The translations under genes and the position numbers were made by a program. Below are positions 8,538-17,231 of a stretch of 41,468 nucleotides of DNA, one piece after another. Location: the IMG/VR virus record IMGVR_UViG_3300005805_000168, positions 1 to 41,468 of that record; one strand, written 5' to 3'. The notes under the pieces are model-generated. The model saw only the letters and a program-made list of their open reading frames with translations. It did not search any database and was not told where the DNA came from. The DNA comes from a virus. Taxonomy: Duplodnaviria > Caudoviricetes. Positions within the stretch are counted from its first letter, which is position 1; the number at the start of each line of letters is the position of its first letter.

Positions 8538-8979
8538 TTTCTAGTCTAGCCTTGATTTCCAGATAGAACATTTGGTACTTTGCCATCCTAGCGAGATCCT
8601 TTTCAGTCACGCCCTTAAGACGGCGAATGTCGGTATTGTGACGAAGGTCTGCCATTTTGACCTTCATTGCATCAACGTTAGCAAAAACACCTTGCTTGTA
8701 TTCATCATAGGTCTGACCAGGCTGCTTGGTCAATGCACGAATACCATCAATTACCCGTTCGCTCATCCCTGCTTCACGTAGTTCCTTGTAAGTAACAGGG
8801 GTATCTTCAACAACATCGTGACCTAAAGCCATACACATCAATTCCTCATCGTCGGTCTTGAGGTAGTGCATGACCTTGAGCGGATGAAGGATATAGGGGT
8901 TACCACCCTTATCAAACTGACCATGATGAGCCTTGGTAGCGATCATCAGCATCTTGTCTAACATTTCGCCTTTTCTCAT
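8521..8979 (-). CDS. SpoT/Mesh1-type HD hydrolase (small alarmone hydrolase-like)
   Basis: AHHGQFDKGGNPYILHP...LGHDVVEDT...ALTK...VKMADLRHN; start 8979 after AGGAG. Confidence 0.85.
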   Translation of the reverse strand: MRKGEMLDKMLMIATKAHHGQFDKGGNPYILHPLKVMHYLKTDDEELMCMALGHDVVEDTPVTYKELREAGMSERVIDGIRALTKQPGQTYDEYKQGVFANVDAMKVKMADLRHNTDIRRLKGVTEKDLARMAKYQMFYLEIKARLENEHSR

Positions 8980-9009
8980 CTTTTTACTCCTTCTATCTAC
9001 TGTAATTAC

Positions 9010-9038
9010 ATTATATAGCCAATTGGATTTATTGTCAA
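9010..9038 (-). promoter_or_regulatory. sigma70 early promoter (extended motif)
   Basis: TTGACA ATAAATCCAATTGGCTA TATAAT. Confidence 0.85.
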
Positions 9039-9043
9039 CCAAC

Positions 9044-9067
9044 AAAAAGCCCCTTTCGGGGCTTTTT
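9044..9067. terminator. bidirectional intrinsic terminator directly upstream of a promoter
   Basis: AAAAAGCCCC TTTC GGGGCTTTTT. Confidence 0.85.
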
Positions 9068-10125
9068 CAGAATGCATCATAGTTGAAGAACTTACGTTCT
9101 GGTACCTTAGTCAAGATTACACGTGTTCCGTTATCTTCAAAGATGAACTTCCCATCTTTAGCATTGAACGTAACCAGTGCGTCATGGTTGAACTTGATAT
9201 TCTTCCACGGTGCTTCCTCATCATTGGGATCGGGATCAAATCCGACTTCAACACCATCGGGATGTAGAGGATTGCCATCGAATACTTCAGTACGATCACC
9301 TTTATCAATAACCTTGCCATTGTAAATAATGGTGACATCGTAACGAGTTCCATTATCAAACTCAGGCTTAGCATTCAACATACGAAGTGCTTCAGCTGGG
9401 CTTTCGTTATAACGATTCATTTCCTCTACCAATGCCTTTAGCATGTCAAAATTGAATTCGGCAAACAATCCTGCAATTTGACAAATCTTTTCGATATGCT
9501 GCTTTGCATTCAAGTTGTCATTGCAATATTCAATAATGAAATTAACATCAAGGCCTTTGAAGTCAATCATATAGAAAATACGGCCTGGACGATTACGCAT
9601 GTGATAATCAACACGCCACTTATCATTGCAAGTGAACATGAACAACTTACGGCTAGGAAATACACCATCCAATAGAGTTAGAATGTTTTCCTGATCATCG
9701 CGGTCGTAGACCTTTTCAAATTCGTCAAACAACACTGCACAAGGTTGCTCAATATTTTGCAACAGTGTATTGAATGCATCACCTTGCCATGGACTATTGA
9801 TAACAATAGTAGGGATACCTTGCTTAGCCAATTCGATACTGACGTTCTTGACAAGCAATGTCTTGCCACTACCCTTTTCACCAGTCATCATGACACCAGT
9901 TTGATTGGGCCGATCCAAGAAAGTTCTGATAATACGATCAGTGTGTTTGGTCGCATTGCCGTAGATTTTCTTTGGTGAGGTAAAATCACCAATGTGTTCT
10001 AGGAACAGATTACCATACATATCCTTTTGGATCGTATAGTTGCCGGCTGGAAGCTGCTCATGAAGATTCATGGCTTCTTTAGTGGCAACCTTGTAAGTAT
10101 TACCGTTCTTAATAAAATAGCTCAT
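9067..10125 (-). CDS. AAA+ ATPase
   Basis: Walker A GEKGSGKT, Walker B VLFDEFEK, sensor TCN, arginine finger RPGR. Confidence 0.88.
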   Translation of the reverse strand: MSYFIKNGNTYKVATKEAMNLHEQLPAGNYTIQKDMYGNLFLEHIGDFTSPKKIYGNATKHTDRIIRTFLDRPNQTGVMMTGEKGSGKTLLVKNVSIELAKQGIPTIVINSPWQGDAFNTLLQNIEQPCAVLFDEFEKVYDRDDQENILTLLDGVFPSRKLFMFTCNDKWRVDYHMRNRPGRIFYMIDFKGLDVNFIIEYCNDNLNAKQHIEKICQIAGLFAEFNFDMLKALVEEMNRYNESPAEALRMLNAKPEFDNGTRYDVTIIYNGKVIDKGDRTEVFDGNPLHPDGVEVGFDPDPNDEEAPWKNIKFNHDALVTFNAKDGKFIFEDNGTRVILTKVPERKFFNYDAF

Positions 10126-10192
10126 TTAACACCTTAAATCATTGTTGCGTTGAGAATGATATTATATGCTAACTACAATATGTTGTATATGC

Positions 10193-10220
10193 AGAATGGG
10201 CATTACGCCCATTCTTTTTT
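10193..10220. terminator. stem-loop after the NAMPT gene
   Basis: AGAATGGGC ATTAC GCCCATTCT; the T run lies on the + strand, so direction is uncertain. Confidence 0.5.
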
Positions 10221-11617
10221 TAATGCCTACTGTTTTCACGAACCTCTTGGAAACTGATTTCCTTAACAAGCTTACCGTTCAGATAAACAGTTTCAAGAAT
10301 TTCGACAAATGGTCCAATTGCTCTGTCATACCATCCTTTGGGAGCAGTAACGCTACTAATCAGTTCACCACCACTACGCCAAAGAGATACACGACCGGGC
10401 TTGCTAATCTTGCCCTTGTCAGTAACAGGGTCCTTCATAACGTCTACCCATTCACCATTGATGCAAACACTACTGCACTTCATAGCAAACTTTTGCGTAT
10501 CACGGTCTAGTTGTTGTAGCAATGCACCACCCATGCCAAAAGCAATGTTATCAGCAGACCAACCCATAGTCATTAAACATGCCAAGATGCTACGAACCAT
10601 GAGTTCGTTAATACCATCACCCTGAATAATACGAACATGATTCAAGACCTTGAAGCCCTTGCTGTTTACAGTGTAACCAAACTTTTCTCCTAGGATCTCA
10701 ATCAACCTACGATTAACATCCACAGGATCACCAGAGTCTGGACGGATAACAACAGTGGCACCACTAGCAATAACTTTCTCACGAAGGGCCTCACCCCAAA
10801 GAGCGCCCGCGGCGTTGAAGATATCATAACTATCAGACACCACTGCAAGAATACTACCAGGCTTAGCAAAATTGTCAACCATGTTTGCATATGCATCTAC
10901 CTCTCTATCACGGCCCCAGCTGGTGATTGTACTGTGTTCTGCGGCTGGGATTGAAAATCCAGCCACACCAGCATTGTAATACTGACGAGCGTAAAGCACA
11001 GCAGAAATAGTGTCAGTACCACTAAAATTAACAAGATGAGCCGCACCACCAATACCGGCAGACTCAAGACTACTAACGCCACGAGCACCGAAATCGTGAA
11101 GTTTAAAATCGATGAGAGTAGGGTCACCTGTCTTCTCCAAATATTCTAGAATCAATTTGCGGATGTGCCAACTCTGGGTTGCTACGGTAGTAGGATACCA
11201 AATGGCACGAAGCAATGCAGTTTCCAACCAAGTAGTCAACCAGAAGCATTCTGGGTCTGTGTTCTCGATTGTTGCAAGGACATTTTTGACAGAAACAACT
11301 GTTCCTTCGGGAACTGCACGAATGACAACTGGGAGGTATCCACTGTGCTTGTCAAGAATGTACTGCCATCCTGCTCGGTTGAAAGGCTCACCGTGTGCGG
11401 TAAGGATTTCATCAGCGATGTCAATGTCTGATTGGGTGATAGGGTCGAGAAGATATTCTTTGATGAACGCTTGTAGTCCGAAGAATACTGTTCGATCATA
11501 TCGACCGCCCCGGCTCTCGATATACGAGTATACACCTGTGGTTCCTGCTGGGTATTGTTTGAACATGCTAACCTTGTAGCTGTCCGTATTTAAAATAATG
11601 TTCTTTGCTAACTTCAT
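10220..11617 (-). CDS. nadV: nicotinamide phosphoribosyltransferase (NAMPT)
   Basis: TDSYK, LHDFGARG, SIPAAEHS, VSDSYD, IRPDSGDP, IQGDGI, FGMGGALLQ, RDTQKFAMK, KDPVTD. Confidence 0.95.
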   Translation of the reverse strand: MKLAKNIILNTDSYKVSMFKQYPAGTTGVYSYIESRGGRYDRTVFFGLQAFIKEYLLDPITQSDIDIADEILTAHGEPFNRAGWQYILDKHSGYLPVVIRAVPEGTVVSVKNVLATIENTDPECFWLTTWLETALLRAIWYPTTVATQSWHIRKLILEYLEKTGDPTLIDFKLHDFGARGVSSLESAGIGGAAHLVNFSGTDTISAVLYARQYYNAGVAGFSIPAAEHSTITSWGRDREVDAYANMVDNFAKPGSILAVVSDSYDIFNAAGALWGEALREKVIASGATVVIRPDSGDPVDVNRRLIEILGEKFGYTVNSKGFKVLNHVRIIQGDGINELMVRSILACLMTMGWSADNIAFGMGGALLQQLDRDTQKFAMKCSSVCINGEWVDVMKDPVTDKGKISKPGRVSLWRSGGELISSVTAPKGWYDRAIGPFVEILETVYLNGKLVKEISFQEVRENSRH

Positions 11618-11662
11618 GATAAACTCCTTATCAATTAAATTGCCTAATGTCTATCATTAGGA
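11615..11662 (-). ncRNA. candidate cis-regulatory leader RNA (riboswitch-like), copy 1
   Basis: CCUAAUG-AUAGA-CAUUAGG CAAUUUAAU UGAUAA-GGAGU-UUAUCA UG; same architecture as 13422..13471. Confidence 0.65.
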
Positions 11663-11671
11663 CTTGATACC

Positions 11672-11700
11672 AGTTTAACACAACACCATTATTGTGTCAA
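11672..11700 (-). promoter_or_regulatory. sigma70 promoter of nadV
   Basis: TTGACA-17 bp-TAAACT with extended TG; predicted start just before the leader hairpin. Confidence 0.75.
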
Positions 11701-12174
11701 ACTGAATTCGACCAAAGTAGCACTGCCACTTTGAGCCGAAACCTCTTTGGCAAAGCTTTCTAACATTGCCATAATTCTTTCCTTGTTGCCACCTGCTAAG
11801 CCCATACCAATGTAGGGAAATCCAAAACGTTTTGTGCCGTATAAATGTGAAAGTTTTTGCAGAATTAGTTGAAATGCTGCATACTCAAACACATCTTGAC
11901 CTGTACTCATATTGTATTGGGTATAGGCGTTGATTACATGAAAATTAACGGATCCATTTTTTCTGATGACGTTCTCTGTTGTCCAGTTTCCTAGTTTGTA
12001 ATAGTCGCCGCAACTAGTTACAGTATCTACTGCGGCAACTTCAGGATATCGTTCACGAATCTCTCTGGCTATACCACCACCCATTGTGCAAAAACAGTTG
12101 CAGCCGTGAACTACAACGTCAAACTCACCTGCTTCTGCGAGGTCAAGTAGGTTACCTTTACTGTGCTTTAACAT
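11689..12174 (-). CDS. macrodomain protein (ADP-ribose binding/hydrolysing)
   Basis: KGNLL...VVHGCNCFCTMGGGIAREI...INAYTQY...FPYIGMGLAGG; likely start 12174. Confidence 0.88.
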   Translation of the reverse strand: MLKHSKGNLLDLAEAGEFDVVVHGCNCFCTMGGGIAREIRERYPEVAAVDTVTSCGDYYKLGNWTTENVIRKNGSVNFHVINAYTQYNMSTGQDVFEYAAFQLILQKLSHLYGTKRFGFPYIGMGLAGGNKERIMAMLESFAKEVSAQSGSATLVEFSLTQ

Positions 12175-12397
12175 AGCGTCTAATCTCATCCACAGCTTCA
12201 ACACACAAATCTTGCCAATATGCAACATCATCTACGTCAGGACCAAACAAGGCACCATAACTAAGATCCACATCCTTGTCAAGGATTACTTCTTTTGATT
12301 CAGTATTTGTCACTGACAAATGACCAACACGTTCACTAAGGCGTTCTACTTTACAGTCAAATTCTTTATCCAATTTTGCTTCCCAAATGTTTTCCAT
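12158..12397 (-). CDS. hypothetical protein
   Basis: 79-aa acidic ORF between NadM-Nudix and the macrodomain. Confidence 0.65.
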   Translation of the reverse strand: MENIWEAKLDKEFDCKVERLSERVGHLSVTNTESKEVILDKDVDLSYGALFGPDVDDVAYWQDLCVEAVDEIRRYVKAQ

Positions 12398-12398
12398 A

Positions 12399-13424
12399 TT
12401 ATGCTCCTAAAAAGTGTTGAATGATTTCATAGTGATCTTCAAAGCATTCCTCACTACGAACTTCTGCGATAGGCACCCAACGTGCTTTTTCAGCATCATC
12501 AGCACCCTTAATCTTAGGCAGTTCACCTTCTGCTCCAAGAACAATAAATGTAGCTTGTGTGATTGTGCGACCTCTTGCACTACGATTGACCGCATCAAAC
12601 ACCTTACTACGTACAATACTGCCACGCAGCACGGGTGCAGGCACTTTAATACCTGTTTCTTCACGCAGTTCTCGGATACATGCATCAATCAAACTCTTGT
12701 CAGTATCTGCATTCAAGAATCCACCAGGTAGTGCCCATAAACCTTTACCAGGTTCGCTCCTACGCTTGATCATCAATACGTGACCTGATTGTAATACAAC
12801 AGCATCAGTTGTAACGAACACGGGTGGGTAAGGCAAACTAGCATATTGCTTTTTGTAGTTGGCAATAAATTCACGTTCGCGGATGATTTGCTCATACTCA
12901 GGAGTGTTTTTAAACTTTTCTAGAAAATCGAAGGTAGTTTGTGGTACAACTGCCTTGATAAAATTCATGCTAACATCACGCTTGAAATAAAGGTCACGAA
13001 TATCAGTAGCGTCAAGCGGTTCAATTTTTTCTACGTTTTCAAATTTCCATTGAGGGAACATGTCAAGATAGAAGCTAGATTCATCTTTCTTATGACCAAT
13101 GATTCCGATACCTGCACCACCAAGTACACGGTATTTACTTACGATTCCTTGCACACGGACAGCCCATGCATGGTCATTGTAGATAGTATCTATATTGGGT
13201 TCTACATAAACACGCATTGACAATCCGGCTGTAGCAGCCTTAATCATATTGGCACGTTCATCAAACGTGAATGGATTTTTGTATGTGCGAGGTTGTTTTG
13301 CAGAGCCTGCGATAATTACCAATTGATCAGTCAATGCAGTGCAACGCTTGATAATCTCAAGGTGAGCATTGTGCAAGGGTTGAAATCGACCAATGAGGAC
13401 AAGTGTATCATACTTCTTTGACAT
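12399..13424 (-). CDS. nadM: bifunctional NMN adenylyltransferase / ADP-ribose pyrophosphatase (NadM-Nudix)
   Basis: GRFQPLHNAH (HxxH), KNPF, GHKKDESSFYL, Nudix box GGFL...RELREETG, GADDAEKARW. Confidence 0.95.
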   Translation of the reverse strand: MSKKYDTLVLIGRFQPLHNAHLEIIKRCTALTDQLVIIAGSAKQPRTYKNPFTFDERANMIKAATAGLSMRVYVEPNIDTIYNDHAWAVRVQGIVSKYRVLGGAGIGIIGHKKDESSFYLDMFPQWKFENVEKIEPLDATDIRDLYFKRDVSMNFIKAVVPQTTFDFLEKFKNTPEYEQIIREREFIANYKKQYASLPYPPVFVTTDAVVLQSGHVLMIKRRSEPGKGLWALPGGFLNADTDKSLIDACIRELREETGIKVPAPVLRGSIVRSKVFDAVNRSARGRTITQATFIVLGAEGELPKIKGADDAEKARWVPIAEVRSEECFEDHYEIIQHFLGA

Positions 13425-13471
13425 TCTAAACTCCTTAGAATAATTGTCTATGAACCGTCTATCAGTTCATA
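13422..13471 (-). ncRNA. candidate cis-regulatory leader RNA (riboswitch-like), copy 2
   Basis: UAUGAACUG-AUAGA-CGGUUCAUA GACAAUUA UUCUAA-GGAGU-UUAGAA UG. Confidence 0.65.
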
Positions 13472-13475
13472 TCTT

Positions 13476-13483
13476 TATTTATA
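13476..13483 (-). promoter_or_regulatory. T4-type late promoter TATAAATA upstream of nadM
   Basis: exact T4 late consensus just 5' of the leader; an extended -10 (TGCTATACT) lies just upstream. Confidence 0.65.
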
Positions 13484-13516
13484 CTTAGTATAGCATAAAC
13501 ATAATTTTAGTGTAAG

Positions 13517-13544
13517 AAAAAAGGGCACCGAAGTGCCCTTTTTT
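13517..13544. terminator. bidirectional intrinsic terminator after rIIB
   Basis: AAAAAAGGGCAC CGAA GTGCCCTTTTTT (UUCG loop on the minus strand). Confidence 0.85.
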
Positions 13545-14517
13545 AGCCCCGCCAACCAGTTGGATTAGGCCATGCACCAGTAGACTTAGCCTTTTCAACA
13601 TACTTGTAACGTTGAGGAATTCCATCTCCAGAGTGCATTTCACCCTTTTCGAAACCCTGCTCGTACTTGTTTTGATCAGTGTACACGTAGCTATCTAGAG
13701 GGTTATAATCGTAACCCATGTAACCGTCAGTATAACCCTTGTAGAAAGCAGTGCTACCAGTCTTAGGTTCTAGTGTGCTAGCGTTAGTCTGAACAGGCTT
13801 GTTGAATTCTACAGAATCAACAGGCTTCGCATCAACTTCACCGATGACCTCATAACGGCAAGTACGACCTTTGGCATTGTTGTAGTCACTGGGGATACTC
13901 ACAACATCAGCAGGATTGACCTTGACAATAACAACACGGTCACCACTAAAACTAGACAGATAACTATGGCTGCAAAAGTGAAGGCCAGTGCTACAGGTAT
14001 TATCACGATTGTCATCAACCATGTTGCGTTCCATTTCAACTACACGACCAACACTGTTGTCCATAGTACCACTGTGAACATCCTTGTAGTCATCACGGAC
14101 TTTCTTGTATGCAAGGAAGCATCCATCAGGAGTAATAGGCAGACTGTTCTTTTCCAAGAAGCCATAGAGTTCATCTACTGCCCGCTTACTAGGATTTTGC
14201 ATTAGGTTGTGCATAAAATTGATCATTGGATCAATGTCAAAGCCATCTTCCAACATTTTTACGATCCGAGTAGCCAACGCACTATGAAATACTTGACCAC
14301 GCCAAAACATTTCACCATCGACAACTGCAACATTACCTTTGCTAAAGGTTGTGATTGCCTTAGCAGGATTGATAAGTTCTTTGACAGTATCCCAAAGTCC
14401 TGCCTTGATAGCATCAACAACTTTAGAATAAGTGATATGAGTTTTGTTGATGGTATGCGGAGCACCATCAATGACGATTACAACATTGTCACCTTGAAGA
14501 ATATACGGATAGCTCAT
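13543..14517 (-). CDS. rIIB: rIIB-like protein
   Basis: ITPDGCFLAYKKVR...CSTGLHF...KVNPADVVSIPSDYNNAKGRTCRYEV; directly downstream of rIIA. Confidence 0.88.
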   Translation of the reverse strand: MSYPYILQGDNVVIVIDGAPHTINKTHITYSKVVDAIKAGLWDTVKELINPAKAITTFSKGNVAVVDGEMFWRGQVFHSALATRIVKMLEDGFDIDPMINFMHNLMQNPSKRAVDELYGFLEKNSLPITPDGCFLAYKKVRDDYKDVHSGTMDNSVGRVVEMERNMVDDNRDNTCSTGLHFCSHSYLSSFSGDRVVIVKVNPADVVSIPSDYNNAKGRTCRYEVIGEVDAKPVDSVEFNKPVQTNASTLEPKTGSTAFYKGYTDGYMGYDYNPLDSYVYTDQNKYEQGFEKGEMHSGDGIPQRYKYVEKAKSTGAWPNPTGWRG

Positions 14518-14518
14518 T

Positions 14519-16648
14519 TTAGTTTCCTTTGGTTTGATCGATAACGTTAATATACTCGGCTACTGCTGCCTTGTCAACATAGTAGGACAAGCTCTTGAGA
14601 AGAGGATACCTCTTATACATTTTGTCAACCTCTGCTTTGTATTTTGCAGTCAAAGCAGTATGATCGACAGAGTTGTTGGTGGGAATTCCATAAGCCCTAA
14701 ATAGTTGTTCAAGATTATGGCGTTTGTTAGCATCGTAGTCACCTACACCCTTAAACTCATTGTAAAGCTTAGAGTACGGGCTGTCTTGATTAATCTTGTC
14801 GCTATTGTACTTGAACAGTGCATTGAAGTCAATAGATTGTTTGACCAAACCCATGACATTACCCAAATCTACCGTCTTAAGTTTTTCACGAACGAATCCA
14901 GAAAGTTCTACCCAATTCTTTTGAGTCTTGATAGATTCAATGTCAGCCTTACGCACACCATAAATATCATCAGAAAAAATACCAGCTTGACGAATGCACC
15001 GATAAAAATTCTTGATATCACTCATGGGCAGACCAACCGCATCCCAAGCCTTCAGTTCGATGTAGTAGTAAGTTTTATTGCTATCCATGTCTCCTGCAGT
15101 ACCAGCATTAGTCCAAGACAGTGTGTTAGTATGCCGAGACCGTTGCTTTTCTTCCAATCGCAGAATGCTTGCACGACCCCAGTTATTTCCGCTAGCACGA
15201 TCCTTTTCAAGAAGTTGGCTGGCGTATTGCACACGGGGAGGATTATGCAGGTCCTTTAAGAATTGAGTGAACCTGCAAGTGCGGGTCTTATCAGCCCTTT
15301 CCAAAACAATCACACATTCATCAGAATTGGTTTGCTTGTTTTGACGCCAATGAAACTTAGCACGTTCCAGCGCACCACGCTTAGTGTCAGTAACAACAAG
15401 GTGTACATTCTTGCTAGGATAGATTTTCCAATTCAACACATAGGTCTTGGTAACATCATCCATTGTGCTTTCAGGCTTCAAGTTTTGGCACTTGTCAGAA
15501 TGGCGTTGCTTAGTAAAGCCACGAATAGCAATATTATACTTCTTCGCCAAATCTTCAACCTTGAAGTTGAAGGGCTTCAGGAAGTTATAGTGGTTACCAG
15601 TAACAAGAGCTAACGGGAAATTAGTGTCTGCAACGTACTTGGTTACAGCGTTAGACCAAAGAGTCTCACGTTTGCGAGTTTCGAGATAGTCAGCACGGTC
15701 CCAAAGATTGGTAATCTTGTCAGCTTCCATAGCAATGAATCGAGCCAGCTGCTGATTCAACTGCTCAAGCCTACGCTTAATAGCATCCACTGTACTAGGA
15801 ATGTAGCTAAGACCTTCACGGCTAGCTTGAAAGTCTAGTTCACCGATATCAAATTCCATCAGCAAACCACAATCGAGCATATGGCGCAGTTCACCTAGAT
15901 TGGTGTCAGCATTGGGCACTTCAATCGGATACGAAATATTGCCCATGATAGCAATGCTACGGCTGTTTTCTACAGTATGAACGCCATAGATAATATTCTT
16001 GTCCTTATACTGAATTTCAGGGAATTCGAAGGACTTGCAACCATGAATAACAGGGCGCAGTTTGAAATACTTGTAAACGTTTTTCGCTTCACTAACAAAT
16101 TTTTCAAAGTCCCAGCGATCATTCACACTGAATTTCACCTCGACGCCATTGGGTTCAGTGGAGTCAGATTCTGTCATCAATGCAATGCTAGGCACACCGT
16201 GTTCGTTGATAAACGCAGTGTAGATACCCTTGCGACCATCTTTGATAGCCGTTACGGTGAAATTATCCGTATAGCTAAATGGAGACTTAGAACCAAGACC
16301 AAGGGCGCCAATGAAATCATTAGAATCAGTCTTGGTAGATTCGAAATAGGTGGTGTAGATGTTGGTAACTTGATCATGGCTTAGACCTGTACCATAGTCA
16401 CGAATACTGAACCAAGGTTCAAGTGTATTCGGAAGATGAACATCAAAAGGAAGATCGGGTTTACCTGCAGCAACGTGACTATCTACTGCATTACAGGACA
16501 GTTCCCGAACGATAGCGCGGATCTTGTTAGCATAGAGACCGCTGGATAGGATGTTGAATGCCTTCGCACTATTACGAATGCGGAACTCACCGATCTGACC
16601 TACGTTGGAAAGAACGGCTTGATTTTGGGGACTGTTATTGATAATCAT
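14519..16648 (-). CDS. rIIA: rIIA-like protein (N-terminal GHKL/HSP90-like ATPase)
   Basis: LYANKIRAIVRELSCNAVDSH, IRDYGTGL, YFESTK, GALGLGSKSPFSYTD, SREGLSY. Confidence 0.9.
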   Translation of the reverse strand: MIINNSPQNQAVLSNVGQIGEFRIRNSAKAFNILSSGLYANKIRAIVRELSCNAVDSHVAAGKPDLPFDVHLPNTLEPWFSIRDYGTGLSHDQVTNIYTTYFESTKTDSNDFIGALGLGSKSPFSYTDNFTVTAIKDGRKGIYTAFINEHGVPSIALMTESDSTEPNGVEVKFSVNDRWDFEKFVSEAKNVYKYFKLRPVIHGCKSFEFPEIQYKDKNIIYGVHTVENSRSIAIMGNISYPIEVPNADTNLGELRHMLDCGLLMEFDIGELDFQASREGLSYIPSTVDAIKRRLEQLNQQLARFIAMEADKITNLWDRADYLETRKRETLWSNAVTKYVADTNFPLALVTGNHYNFLKPFNFKVEDLAKKYNIAIRGFTKQRHSDKCQNLKPESTMDDVTKTYVLNWKIYPSKNVHLVVTDTKRGALERAKFHWRQNKQTNSDECVIVLERADKTRTCRFTQFLKDLHNPPRVQYASQLLEKDRASGNNWGRASILRLEEKQRSRHTNTLSWTNAGTAGDMDSNKTYYYIELKAWDAVGLPMSDIKNFYRCIRQAGIFSDDIYGVRKADIESIKTQKNWVELSGFVREKLKTVDLGNVMGLVKQSIDFNALFKYNSDKINQDSPYSKLYNEFKGVGDYDANKRHNLEQLFRAYGIPTNNSVDHTALTAKYKAEVDKMYKRYPLLKSLSYYVDKAAVAEYINVIDQTKGN

Positions 16649-16905
16649 AGAGTTTCAAGTACGGGTTGGAGATCAGAAAAATTTTTGAACACCTGCGAAC
16701 CATGCCGATTGGTACGCAGGATCAGAAAATTGCGGTTGTAAATTTCTACAGTAGCATCAAGTGTTCGGGCACGACCAAAGGTGATACTCAGATACTTGCG
16801 ACCACTTTTGTTGACATGACTGCCTGTGAGAATGCCATATGGTGCAGTAAAATTGCGACCCTTGGCCCACGTTTCAATCGAATCGAGAATAGCCTGACTA
16901 TTCAT
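16645..16905 (-). CDS. hypothetical protein
   Basis: likely start MNSQAILDS at 16905; the longer ORF overlaps the upstream gene. Confidence 0.65.
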   Translation of the reverse strand: MNSQAILDSIETWAKGRNFTAPYGILTGSHVNKSGRKYLSITFGRARTLDATVEIYNRNFLILRTNRHGSQVFKNFSDLQPVLETL

Positions 16906-16909
16906 AATT

Positions 16910-17173
16910 TTACCACTGATGATAGATAACCATGTGATCGACGCCAGGCACATCGCCAAGCGGACGATAAACTTGCATTTCACCGTCCCACTGATCCGGA
17001 TCGAACAACTTGTCCTCAGGACCAACAGTAACGAAACGCACTTCCTTACCAGTGTGATGGCTCTTGACAAAGAGAGTACGGGGCATACCAAAGTACTCGG
17101 AAGCCAATTTAAGAACCTTACGGGTCTTGTCGTACTCGCACAATTGGAGAGACACAGTAGGGATCTGAGACAT
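16910..17173 (-). CDS. hypothetical protein
   Basis: 87 aa; GGAG SD and own promoter. Confidence 0.65.
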   Translation of the reverse strand: MSQIPTVSLQLCEYDKTRKVLKLASEYFGMPRTLFVKSHHTGKEVRFVTVGPEDKLFDPDQWDGEMQVYRPLGDVPGVDHMVIYHQW

Positions 17174-17202
17174 TTCTTACTCCGTTTTTTGACTATGATG
17201 AT

Positions 17203-17231
17203 AGTATATCAGAATCGGGAATTATTGTCAA
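17203..17231 (-). promoter_or_regulatory. sigma70 early promoter (extended motif) for the rII operon
   Basis: TTGACA ATAATTCCCGATTCTGA TATACT; the TGA is the upstream stop. Confidence 0.8.

Noticed and set aside
8980-9045. N-terminal ORF extensions such as MLVDNKSNWLYN (also 8240..8278, 16906..17091, 35513..35605)
   Set aside because: They translate promoter or upstream-gene sequence. Better SD-supported or coupled starts lie downstream.
11643-13471. Palindromes upstream of nadV and nadM read as NrtR-type DNA operators
   Set aside because: The arms differ between copies while the loops are conserved, and one stem needs a G-U pair. This fits RNA structure, not a protein-DNA palindrome. No NrtR gene is in the window. 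Not fully excluded.
14519-16648. GHKL ATPase as a MORC/HtpG defence or chaperone gene
   Set aside because: Length, motifs and the adjacent rIIB-like gene identify it as rIIA.
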